DNA from: Chrysomallon squamiferum
Lineage: Eukaryota > Animalia > Mollusca
NCBI GenBank assembly: GCA_012295275.1
Contig: CM022671.1
Coordinates: 25,854,001-25,918,000 of the forward strand
Length of the DNA: 64,000 nucleotides
Reading direction: 5' to 3'
The notes beneath the pieces were generated by a model that saw only the letters and a list, made by a program, of their open reading frames with translations, did no database searches and was not told where the DNA came from. Positions 1 to 12,257 of the stretch are shown piece after piece. Positions within the stretch are counted from its first letter, which is position 1. Every line of letters starts with the position of its first letter. The position numbers and the translations under genes are program-made.

Positions 1-749
1 TCACAACTCATTCAAACTTGGTGAATGATCAGTCACTTGCCTTTAATCATTCAGTTAAATGATAATGAAAACATTCATCATCACTAAAGTGACTAATACA
101 AATCACAGCACAAATAACGATAGTGATAATGAGCAATGATATGATAATGACTGAAATGTATTAATAAAGCTAAATATATTTATCTTAGTGATAGTGATAG
201 TGATGAATTTTATTATGATAATGACTGAAATATTGTTATTGATTTCATAATTATTTAGTTAAATTATCATAAAAATAATCACTGACACTAATACTCATCA
301 CCACGAATGTGTCTTTGATTTTTTTTCTAATAAAAAATTATGATGATAATGTTGATGACTAAAATGATGTTTAAAGATCATTAACACAATCACTGCCACT
401 AATATTCATCCTCAGGTAAATAATACATTTGATTTTCATGAATATGATGATAATTTAATAATGATGATGACAATGATTATGATGCTGATGATAATTGTAA
501 CAGTGATGATGATTATAATGATAAATGAAATGATATCATTACTGTAGAAATAAATTATTTTATATGATCATAGTGATGATGTTAATAATATTGGTAATGA
601 TGATAATGTTGTTGGTGGTGGTAATGAAAATGATGATGTTGATGATGATGGTGGTGGTGCTGGTGGTAGCAACTTACTGAAGATGATAATGAACTATAAT
701 TATGTTTGTTAAATAATAAATTTTGTGTTTACAATGTTGTTTTTTGCAG

Positions 750-2644
750 TCGGAGACACCAGGATCGCGTGTGGGATGAGGTTATTTATCCTGGAATGAA
801 GAAAGCTGTTATCTGTTCTTTGCTTGTCACTCAAGACCTTATTGAGTACAGAAAGGTTAGAAAACAAGAAATCTTCATTAACTGTCATAATATCTTCTGC
901 CTGCTCTTATTTTAGTAATTTTATAAGAAGCACTGATCTCTTTGCTGATATAAAAAAATGTAATTTTAAATGAAATTAAATGTTCCTGAACATAAATTTT
1001 TAAATTATGAGTTAACTGAAATTTTGTTTTTTAAATTCTTCTTTAATATTTGATTTGAAAATTATCCAGAGAACAAAGGTATATCCAGTATACAATTTAC
1101 CTTAAAACTGTAGTTTCCAGTAAATTTGGATTCATTCATGTAAATTCTTCTGTCGTGGAGAATAAAACAATAATGATACTAGAAAAAAAATAATTGTGTT
1201 TTAAATAATACTTTTTAAAGTGGTGTGTAATGGTGTAATTGCAGTCATCGTTTGAGTTGTATGGTGCTGATTTCATGCTGACTGAAGACTTTCATCCATG
1301 GCTCATTGAAATCAACTCCAGTCCCAGCATGGAGGCAAGTACTGCCATCACTGCACGTCTGTGTGCAAATGTTCTTGAAGACACCATCAAAGGTAAGATT
1401 ACATTCCAGAAATTATTACCTCTGCCATCATCATGATCAGTGATTTCTGGGATCTAGGTTAATAATAATTGAAAAACAAATAAAAATAAAAACCTGGCCA
1501 AACAAATGTAAGTCATCAGTAATTGAAGTATTAGTTAAATTACATTTTTTATTTACAACATATTTAAAATATTTTGAATATATGTGAGCTAAAAGAAAAA
1601 TAAAATAAATAATAATAATCCTTTCTATTTGATTTCAACCTTCAGTTTGTAATATAAAATCTTTATTTTTTATTTATTATTTTTTCAGTTGTAATTGATC
1701 GCAGGAATGATCGAAACTGTGATGTTGGCAAATTTGAACTGGCGTACAAGCAGCCATTTGTGTCTGCCCCACCGTACATAGGAACTAACTTGAGTCTGGA
1801 CGGACAGACAATTCGTCGTCCTGGCATGGCCAGACGCCCAGAAGTGAGCAGCAGCCAAACAAGCGATGCCTACTTCACACCGAGAACCAATGTCAGGCAG
1901 AGCACCTCACTGGAAAGAATCCCAGAAACAAAAAGAATTTCAGGAACCACAACAACCTTGACAAACATTAAAAGTTCATTCCATGACAATGGAATAAAAC
2001 TGATGAAGAAGAGCAGCTCAACTTCAAGAGTTGGAGAGTATTCCTCTCTGGCTGAATCACCTTACGAAAAAACACAAACGTTATTGCATTCAGTACACAA
2101 GAACTCTCCAGTAGAAATAAAAAAGCCAGAAAACATTGAGATGGGACATACTGCTGCCATCCCATCAGTGAAGCAAGGACTGCACGTGCAGCCTCCTTTC
2201 CAGCCAAAACTGTCGAACTTTGCACCATGTTTGTCTGTGACTAGTTCCCGCAGAATTGTGTCTCGAACCTCGGTGTCCAGTACATACAAAGTTCCCACTC
2301 CGCCATCAGACAAGTCAAAACCTGTTGTCTCGGTGAACAACGTGGAATCCACAGACTTGAAAACCATCAAGTCCACAGGAGGAAGCAAAGGTAATGGCGT
2401 TGGGGTGTTCCAGCCCACCCATAAGATTAAGCGTAAGAAACTGGCAATGGTAAAGCGGGACAAGAATAGAACGCATGTCACTATTCGCTTTCCGAGAGTG
2501 CCGTATGCCAATGTCAATGTGGCTTTCACACAGCCTGATGACAGGCAACCAGCCACTCCCAAGCTTAAGTATTTCACTCAGCCATGTCCCCATGATGAGT
2601 TCTATGGACCAAACCAGCCACTGGCTGGTGTTGAAAGTGCTTAG
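750..2644 (+). CDS. TTLL3: Tubulin glycylase TTLL3/TTLL8 family, 3' part (5' exons lie upstream of the window); proximal read-through isoform
   Basis: Exons 750-855, 1245-1392 and 1689-2644 have AG/GT boundaries and consistent phase. They give ...IEYRK|[29 protein letters not shown]...EDTIK|[23 protein letters not shown]: TTL-domain motifs FELYGADF and WLIEINSSP plus the glycylase-type VVIDRR..CD.G.FEL.YKQP segment. TTLL3 versus TTLL8 cannot be resolved by eye. Confidence 0.88.
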
Positions 2645-2810
2645 CATTGTAAGTTATGGGCCAATCCCATCAGCGACTAGAATCATGTAATGATTTTAAT
2701 TGTTCTAGCAAACACTAACTACCATTAAAAGTGTCTTGTGTGGTACGATCAAATAACTGTAAAAGACATTTTGTATACTTCCAGAGGATTGTTATATTAG
2801 TTTATATAAC

Positions 2811-2816
2811 AATAAA
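2811..2816 (+). promoter_or_regulatory. Proximal poly(A) signal of the glycylase read-through isoform
   Basis: AATAAA ~170 nt after TAG 2642-2644, followed by a long T tract. Confidence 0.4.
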
Positions 2817-2849
2817 GTAACAAGCCCATAATATGCAGAAAGACAAAAA

Positions 2850-2851
<2 letters not shown>

Positions 2852-2924
<73 letters not shown>

Positions 2925-2941
2925 CTTTTTTTTTTTTTTTT
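2852..2941. repeat. Poly(T) tract, ~90 nt
   Basis: Run of T interrupted by a single C. Confidence 0.95.
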
Positions 2942-3912
2942 ATGGTATCATTTCACAGAAAGAAAGATTTGAAAAAACAAAACTGTTTTTGTTTGCATTC
3001 TTTACATGAAGTCTGTGTGCATTTCCTCATGCTTGTTACTTTATTGCTATTCTTTATTAATAGTGAGAGGTCAGTAAAACAACTACATAGAAGTATACAA
3101 AATGTCTGGGTATTTGTTCATACCACACCAGTACCCCTTACATTCTAATCCCATAACGCAATAGAAAACTGCTAATCTCAATTTAATAACTAGACCATAG
3201 ATAAGGATAAAGGTGAATCTGCTTCCAGAGACCAGTTTTTTTTTATTATCTAGTATTGCTTTAATATTTAGGAAGAATAGGAACTTTTTAAGGCATGTAG
3301 TATATAAATGATATTATGTTATCTCGGACTATGTAAAGTGAAAGGACATTGTTGATACGTTGAGAAAATATCTATGTCTTGTACAATATGAATGTTATTT
3401 ATTGCTTTTATTTATTTTGTTAGATTTTTTTTGTTAGATTTTTTATTGTTGTTTTTGTTTTTGTAGTTTTAATATTTTTAAATAATTAAATCACATACAG
3501 GGATAGCCATATATTGTATGCAAACTAATCAAAAAAAAAAAAAAAAAAAAAGGTTGTAGGTTGTGGTTTCATGATAAAAATTAATAATAGTAACTTAACA
3601 TTATAATTTATATCATTAACAGTAGCTAATTCACCTATATTAACAATCTACATTTTTAATAGTTGTATTTATTAGTAGCAATTTTTAAATTTTTGACTGT
3701 GTTTTGGTACTTCATATTTTTTTCTAATTTTTAACATTTTTATCCCATTTTTTTTTTTATAATTGATTTACATAAACATTTTATAAAACATTTTGATTAC
3801 CTCCATTAAAATTATGTTAAAAGAGATATCTAATGCAACATTGTGAATTGGCATTTTTCTGTGCCTGTGCATTTCATTATTGGAATGTGTTTTCCATTTT
3901 ATTCTGGATCAG

Positions 3913-3960
3913 CAGGGCAGTCGAGTTTAACACCATGGAAATGGAATTCAGGAAACATGG
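3913..3960 (+). CDS. Candidate 48-nt cassette exon of the tubulin glycylase (AGQSSLTPWKWNSGNM)
   Basis: Pyrimidine-rich tract then AG at 3911-3912 (alternative NAGNAG AG at 3914-3915); donor GTAAGG at 3961. Phase 1-1, open in frame with the internal donor at 2390/2391. Confidence 0.5.
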
Positions 3961-4531
3961 GTAAGGGAAACTGCTCTGGGTTGTACATAATATATATATA
4001 TATATATATACATATATTAAGATTTTGGGTGATTTTCATATTAATCAAACAATGCTTTCTATCAGTCATTTTTAAACTCATTCATTTGGGTTCCTGTGAA
4101 TGTATGGCCACATTTGTTAAGTGTCATAAATCAGTGTTAAATTTTTTTTTTATAATGTAGCATGATGACAGTTGTTTAATAATTTAAAATAAAATTGTTT
4201 TTTTTTTTTTTTTTTTTTCTGATTAAAATAACTGTAAACTTTTGATAATAAATTATTATATATATAAATATATATATATATATTAAAAGGTTGTTTATTA
4301 TTTTTTTAGCAATTCAATAGATTTTAAACTAAAAAAATTTAAATGTCTGTGTAATTTTCAGTATAATGTTTTTCTTGGGCATGTCACCATGGAAAGCTAT
4401 TTCAAAGCTTGTTCAGCTTAGCTTTATTTCCATTGCGACATATTAGATTCAAAATTTCCATCTACAAGATTATTTGTCTTTTATATTTAATACTTTGCTT
4501 TCCTTTTTTCAGCTTTATGTGTGTATGTCTC

Positions 4532-4562
<31 letters not shown>

Positions 4563-5489
4563 TGTGTGTTCTTGTGCATGTGAATAAATGTTTTGATACT
4601 CCGAGACTGAATGAAGTCTGTGCTTGCTTATAATTCATTTCTTTGTTTTATGTTTAAATTATTACAGTAATGAAAGTTTAGCTTAGTATGTGACTTTTCA
4701 CTCACTTGATTTAGTTCACTATCACAACCTCAACAGGTTTTGAATTATACAGTTCATGTGACCTTGAACAGCCAAAAACTAGCTACTTTTTTTCTCACAC
4801 ACACACACACACATGCAAACTCACATATGCACACACATTCATATGCATTCTTATGCAAACACACCTTTTAAACACATTTGTCAATTATAATTATTAATGC
4901 TAAAATGAATATGTTCTTTTGGTTCTGACATATGCACTTAATCAAGTAATTCTGGATGACTAAAAATCAGAGACAGTTTTGACAGAAGTTACCCAGAACA
5001 GTTTAGAATACTGTCTTCACGATTTTTCTATACAAAGACAATTATGTGTACACATACATTACATAGATAAGTGAATATGGACATATACAACATACCAATA
5101 CCATAAATCCTTTCCTTAAACCATATTAACAGGAATAATTTGTTGAATAACAGCTTTCTGTGTTTCTAATCTGTAAACAACATTGTTTGTTTTTTTGTTG
5201 TTAATTCTAAGATTTTTATTAATATTTGCTACTCACTGCAAGGCTTGTTTTCACTTAGTGTATGAATATAGAAAAAAAAGAAAAGAAATAAATAATGCTA
5301 GTCTATTATTGCCTTAAAATAACACTAACATGGTGGATTAGCCTGTGCTGATCACTGCCAATCTTTCAAAATCAACAGTGGCTATGGTTGGTCTTAGATT
5401 TGTACACAATTTACAAGTTAACATTTCTTTTATGTTGTGTTTTTTTCTTCTGCATTAATCAGATATTTTTAACATGTACAAGCACAGAC

Positions 5490-6905
5490 CCGTGTTCACT
5501 CAGTCACACAGTCGTACATGGACATATGTACTTAGTTACACATTCTCATATAGATATATGTACTCAGTTACACATTCTCATATAGATATATGTACTCAGT
5601 TACACATTCTCATATAGATATGTACTCAGTTACACATTCTCATATAGACATATGTACTCAGTTACACATTCTCATATAGATATATGTACTCAGCAACACT
5701 TCTCATATAGACATGTACTCAGTTACACATTCTCATATAGATTGTACTCAGTTACACATTCATATAGATATGTACTCAGTTACACATTCTCATATAGATA
5801 TGTACTCAGTTAAACATTCTCATATAGACATGTACTCAGTTACACTTTCTTATATAGATATGTACTCAGCTACACTTCTCATATAGACATGTACTCAGTT
5901 ACACATTCTCATATAGACATATGTACTCAGTTACACATTTTCATATAGACAGGTACTCAGTTACACATTCTCATATAGACGTACTCAGTTACACATTCTC
6001 ATATAGACATTTGTACTCCGTTACACATTCTCATATAGACATGTACTCAGGTAACATTCTCATATAGACATATGTACTCAGTTATACAATCACACATAGA
6101 CATATTACACATTCATATACAGATATGTACTCAGTTACACAAACTCACACAGACATGTGTACTCAGTTACACAATCACAAACATACATATACTCAGTTAT
6201 ATAATCACCATAAACATATATACTTGGCTACACAAATACATACAGACATGTACTCAGTTACACAGTTTCACACAGACGTACTCAGTTACATAATTTCACT
6301 GATGCATATGTACTCAGTTACACAATCACACACATACATATACTCAGTTATATAATCACCATAAACATATATACTCGATAACACAAATACATACAGACAT
6401 GTACTCAGTTACACAAACACATACAGACACATGTACTCATTTACACAATCACACACATATATATACTCAGTTATATAATCACTATACACATATATACTCA
6501 GTTACATAATCACATACAGACATGTACTCAGTTACAGTTTCACACAGACACGTACTCAGTTACATAATTTCACTGATCATATGTACTCAGTTACATAATC
6601 ACACACAGACACATGTACTCAGTTACACAATCACACTGAATATCTACTCAGTTATGCATTCACTCATTTACACATACACACAGACATGTATTTAGATACA
6701 GTCACACAGACGTACTCAATTACACAATAAGACAGATTATCTGCTCAGTTACACAATCACACACAGAATATCTACTCAATTACACATTCACACCCAGACA
6801 TTTGTACTCAGTTACACATTCTCACATAGACATATTCACTCACAGACACATTCAGTTACACATTTCCTCATAGAAATGTACTCAGTTATAAATTCACACA
6901 CAGAT
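5490..6905. repeat. Minisatellite, ~30-32 bp unit (TGTACTCAGTTACACATTCTCATATAGA[T/C]A[TA]), roughly 40 or more copies
   Basis: Tandem units read directly. Near-homogeneous from ~5527-6070; diverged afterwards but keeps a GTACTCAGTTAC core. Confidence 0.95.
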
Positions 6906-8858
6906 AATTACATTCAAAGGAAGACATATCCACACAGAGACACAAATATGTATACATTAACAATTATATTGTTATCATTACCGGTCTTACCACTGTTTTT
7001 AGTCATTTGATATGTTTTTAATATATTCTAAACATTTATATCCCAGTGAGATGTACATGTAAATATACAAATTCTTTTCTTTTGTAAAATGATATTTGTC
7101 TGAAATGGATGTGGGTAATTTTTTTTGTTATTAAATACTCCGGTTATGTGCACAGCCTTTGATCTCAAAGCAAAGTTCTGAGCACAATAAAGTTTTAATG
7201 TTGAGATAATTATTACTTTTATGATATTAGAAAAACTCTTTTTTTATCCTTTTTTTTCTTATTTTATTTTTATTTTTTTTTTTAAATATATTTCTTACTG
7301 TAATAATGTAAATAAATTTTTAATATCTTATTTATTATGAAAATATTATTTTTTTAAAAATGTATTTGAAAACAAGACTGAAAAAAAGTTGAATGTATAT
7401 TTCTAAACTAGTGCAAGAAAGCCCCAAACAAATCAGTATGAAAGTGACATAGTGTTAAATTCTGTTGTATAAAGTTATTTTGGTTTGTGATATTTGGTAG
7501 TTTTTGAACAAAATGTGTACACAAAATATAACTTTCTATCATGTTATGTTTAACAAAACTTTTGCTTGTATGTGGTATGTGGTACTTCTTTGCACACACA
7601 CAAAAAAAATAAGTATTTTTAAAATGACTTATTTGATTAATCTCACTTCTTCTTTTTTTTCATGTCAATTCATGCTATAAAAAAATATATTTATATAATT
7701 TTCCATTTATTCTTGTAATATACAAAAAATTTATTTTGAAAAAGTAAGAAGAATTTGTATCTAATGTATAAATAAATTTTTATTTTATGATTTTTAGTTT
7801 AATGTCACTATAATTTGTATATTATTATTTTTATTTTATTTTTATTTTTTTAAGTAGGTATTTTATAAACTTGTTTAAATATAAAATTAATATGTCATTG
7901 ATTGTCAAAGTCCCGAGATAAAAATTTTGATATTTCAGGTTCATATTGCAAATCTTAAATATACTGTTTACTCGCAGTGTTTTCATTTGTGTCTTTGTCT
8001 ATGTGAAACGTATACAGTTATGTCTTTGGTCCTGTTTTGTTTTGTTATGTCTAAATTGTAAATTCATTCCTGTTGTGATAAATTCATTTCATTCAAATAC
8101 TCAGTTAAAATGCACCTGTGATAATGCAAGCAAATAGCTTAATCTCATTTACTATACATTAATTTCATAAATTCTGGCTACCAAACTGTGCTAATGAGAT
8201 TTGTTTTTGGTTCTGTTTTTCCTTACTTGTGCCTTTGTCTTATATTTAAAAAAATAATAATAATAAAAAATAAATAAATAAATAAAGAAGAAGAAGTTTT
8301 GAGAACTAAGCAATTTATTTATTCACACAGCCTGATTATGGTTTAAAAACCAATATCAATATATGACTTGCAAAGTAGCCACATTTGTTGATACAAGACA
8401 GGTAGTTTTTTCTGTTTATAATATAATGCTGAGCACATGTTATATTATTTCCTACTTAATTATTAGCAAAGGTTGACCTTCTGTTACAAAATAATACAGT
8501 TACTGGGAAATATTTAAAGAAATATATATTTAAAGCATTTGTTCTTATCACCACAGGTATGTTTTAATAACATTTGTAACAAGCATGAGGACAATTATTT
8601 TTTTCTTTTTCATTGGTGTCAGGTTAAAAAGAATAAATTCTCAATTTTCTTTTTTTTTCTCTAGTTCTTTTTTTTTTTTTTTTTTTTTTGTTTCAAAAAT
8701 CCATTCAATTACTGGAATAGATAAAAAAAAATATCTATATATATTATTATTATTTTATTTTATTTCTATCCTTTTGGTGATGTGGTAAAAACAAAAAAAA
8801 CAGTGTGTTAAAGTTAACAATGTATATTTTAATTCTTCATTTAATTTACATTATAAAG

Positions 8859-9013
8859 GTAAAAAACGTCAAAGGAAACATCGACGTGCCGTTGTGAGAA
8901 GCCAGCCTATTAAATTGTCGCTGGCAAAATCGTCACCTTACACTGTTGAGCGAAAACCTCCGCTTGTGAAACTGCTCATTGCTAGTCACAAGCGACAAGT
9001 TTTACAATCGTAA
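8859..9013 (+). CDS. Candidate alternative terminal exon 2 of the tubulin glycylase (basic 51-aa tail GKKRQRKHRRAVVRSQPIKLSLAKSSPYTVERKPPLVKLLIASHKRQVLQS*)
   Basis: GC/CpG-richer island in an AT-rich intron; acceptor ...ttacattataaAG at 8858; open in phase 1 to TAA 9011-9013. Confidence 0.55.
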
Positions 9014-9982
9014 CTGTATATTGGCAAGGTGACGTCTCGTTTTGAATTATTCCCTTCTGCATGATTATAATCACTGCTTAAAAGTAGTCACTCTTCACTA
9101 ATATTTTCAAATGTGTGGGTGGGGATTCCTTTAATTTTTTTACCACACTTTTTTTTTCAGTCTTGGTTTAGAAAATCTGAGGGAGAAAATGTATATTTTC
9201 GTTTCTCCTTTTTTTTTTTTTTATTATTATCACTGATAATTTTCATTCTCTTGCCCCTCTCTAATTTGACCTTTCCTGTAAAATAAAAAAAATAAAAAAT
9301 AAAAGTTTTAATTTGTTTTAATATTTTTAAAAAGATTTTTTTTTTTTTTTGCTTTTTTTTTGCTTTTACTTTTTACAAACCAGAATAAATACAGAAATCA
9401 GTATGATGTTAAATGACATTAAATAACATCTAAATAGGATTAATTTGCTTTGACAGGGGAAATTTGATATATTGCTCATGGCATGGTTAAAAACAATTTA
9501 GCTTTGTGTTTTGTTTTTTGGTGGATTTTGTATTACTATTAATTTTTGTTTTTTGGAGGTATTTATTTTTATATTTTTATTTTTATTTATTTTTTTATTT
9601 TTTTTTGCTGTGGGTTTTTGCTGAGGTTTTTAATTTATCTTTGGGATATTGGAAACTAGTAATAACTGCTTAAGAGACATAATTAATTTACTGGTTCTTT
9701 TTCCATATTCTTTGCTACTTTTTTTGGCCAGCACAGTTCCATTCACCACCTGAATATACTGCACAGAACAGCTTCATTGTCCATGCTTGTTTTCATTTTA
9801 TGTAGTCCTCTTATTATTAGTTCAATGTCTTGCATACACACTGATCATCTGTATACCTGAACCATTTGACTTATATTATAATCTTTATAATGATTTCGTC
9901 ATTGTGTTTTAATTGTTAATACACCTGGATCAGCTTTTAATGTGGTTCACCTGTTATTAGTATATCATCTTTCCTTAAACAG

Positions 9983-10860
9983 ATCACCAGCATATTGTAC
10001 ATACTGACTTTTTTTAACGTCTTATTCACTATACATAGATTCTAATACTTGATAATAATCTGTATTGACTTTTTGTGTAATTCTTTTTCTTTCCTAACCA
10101 CCAATATATTTCTGATACTAGCTTATTTAATGTCTTATCCACAGCGTGTAAGTGCTAATACTTGGCAGTAATCTGTATTAGCTTTCTGTTTAATATCTGC
10201 ATGTTGTTGGTATAACTTCTTCACTTAAGATAATCACTGATACACTTCAGCCATCTGACTTACTAAATCTTTATTTAGCTGATAATACTCCAAGTGTAAA
10301 TCTGTTACTGGTAAATGTACACAGTTCTCTGTGTTAGCTTCTGTTTGTGCTGTCTTGTTCACTGTGTTTAGTGTCAATGTTTTACAATAATCTTTTATTA
10401 GTAAAGTGGGTTGTTTTTATCTGGTTCTCATATTATTATTATAATATTATTAACTTAACCTCTGTCATATACCTTATTATGACCAGTCATCTGACTTAAC
10501 TAATTCTTGTTTGCAATAATTACTTCATAATTTTCTACAAGTAATTTGTTGTTAGTAAATCTAGTAAATTCAGCTTTTTTATATGGTTCCTATATTAAAT
10601 TGTTTTATGAACTTTATAAAACAGCCAGTGTTTCGACTTAACTGAGTGTTTGTAAAGTGTTTAGCTTCAAGTAATAGTAAAAGTTACTAGTAAAATCAGA
10701 TTTTTAATATAATTCCCATAACCTTTAATCTGTTTAATAAACCTTATAATGAACAGCCATCAAAGTTAGTAACTGTTTGTAAAGTGTTGATTATTCTGTT
10801 TAGTTGCAATAATATTTTATTAGTATAACTTAGCTTTTTATATAATTCTGATTCAGTTTG
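9983..10860. repeat. Degenerate long-period tandem repeats (~113 bp and ~130 bp units)
   Basis: CTAATACTTG..TAATCTGTATT recurs at ~10042 and ~10155. CAG[C/T]CA...GACTTA-like blocks recur at ~10248, ~10484, ~10622 and ~10754. Confidence 0.55.
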
Positions 10861-11763
10861 ATGTAGTTTTACACCTACCAACAGTTCTTGGATTTCATTA
10901 TTAAAACACTTCCCCATTGCTGCAGTGATCACCTTTTTTTCTATAAATTATTTTATTTCAGTTTTTGGTTTCCAATTTTGATTTGTTTGGGCAACATTTG
11001 CCATGATGTTTATTCACTCTAACCCAGATTCTGATTTCTTATTCCTGCTCACTGAATATATTTATTAAAAGTACTTAGAATCTTTTAATCTGTTGTAAAT
11101 GTTTTATTAAAGTTGCATTCCTTGAATTTTATTACTGAAATATTACATAAAGAACCTTGTAGTTAACAAAAATTAAAAATTGAAAAATAGAAATTTGTCA
11201 GAAGAAAATAGTATTTTAAATGTATATGAAAATGACATCATTATTATAATTGTCAGTGTGTTTTTCATTATATACTTTAATGTAATTTTAACAAACCTAT
11301 GGTTAAATTTTATTTTTCAGATTTTTATAAATCTTTTTCAGAGTTTTTAAAAGAATGCATATTAATGTCATTTTTGTCTTACAGTTCTGAATTTAGATTC
11401 TAGAATTAAAAATAATAATAATAATAATAAATAAATATGTTTTAACTTTTTACATTATTATGTCCATTAGAAATGTTTATATTTTTGCATCATATAGTAA
11501 AGGTTTTGTCACTTTAATTATAAACTGAAAATCAGAAATACATTCTCAAAGGTTAGAGTTTCGATTTTTTAATACCTACCTTAATCAAGAAATAAATTAA
11601 TTTGTAAAATGTGGTAGTTCTTTGCAGTGTGTTAACACTTTCATAAAACATTATATATCGTGTGAATTTAACATACATAATTGCATGCTTTGCTTTGTGT
11701 GAACTAACTCTAATATCTCTTTTTGTTTTGTTTTGGTTTTTTTTTTTCTTTCTCTATTAACAG

Positions 11764-12257
11764 GGAATTCAGGGTCATTACTAACAACAGTAGGGGCATG
11801 GACGACAAAGACTTGCAGTGAGTGTGGAAATGGCATGAACTTGTACCTAGATAACTTTGACTCCAACTGTAAATGTAGGAGGGCCGGTATTTCCGTCATT
11901 TCTCGCGTGCACAGCGCTCAGTATAGTCGGAATAGTCCAAACCAAAAAGCGCTTTTGTTAAGGTATCTCACCGAAAACGATGGCATCCAAGGACAGAGGC
12001 ACCTAAGCGAAAGCAAAAAGCATAGAAACTCGCAGCCTAAATATTTTAAAGAACTCACAGTCATTGGTGTAAACAGTGCTCTTGCTGCTCTTTCAGTTGT
12101 GTCCACACCTGTCCCAAAGTATGCCCAACGGTTCATAGGTCGCCAGTTGCAGCCCTGCTTCGACACTGAACAGAAAGTGCTGCCCAGCCCTGTGTATATA
12201 GACACCTCAGTGAAGAACAATCCTATTTCCATTTTGTCACATGGTAAGAAAAGCTGA
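11764..12257 (+). CDS. Candidate distal terminal exon of the tubulin glycylase (164-aa tail GNSGSLLTTVGAWTTKTCSECG...HGKKS*)
   Basis: Long polypyrimidine tract then CAG at 11761-11763; ~490-nt open frame with coding-like composition; phase 1 matches donors 2390 and 3960; AATAAA at 12325-12330. Confidence 0.68.

Noticed and set aside
1-700. GAT/ATG-rich stretch resembling Asp-rich coding sequence
   Set aside because: Degenerate trinucleotide low-complexity intron sequence with frequent stops.
1968-2690. Antisense and alternative-frame ORFs over the large glycylase exon
   Set aside because: Shadows of a GC-richer coding exon; no recognisable motifs.
6072-6355. His/Thr/Tyr-rich ORFs
   Set aside because: Translations of the minisatellite, with no splice or homology support.
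5490-6905. CRISPR-like look (constant core with variable intervening sequence)
   Set aside because: The 'spacers' are only ~15 nt, related to each other and repeated; the context is a eukaryotic intron with no cas genes. It is a minisatellite.
7939-7958. Possible fourth glycylase terminal exon (tttcAG|GT TCA TAT TGC AAA TCT TAA)
   Set aside because: Only ~6 codons with no compositional support; indistinguishable from chance.
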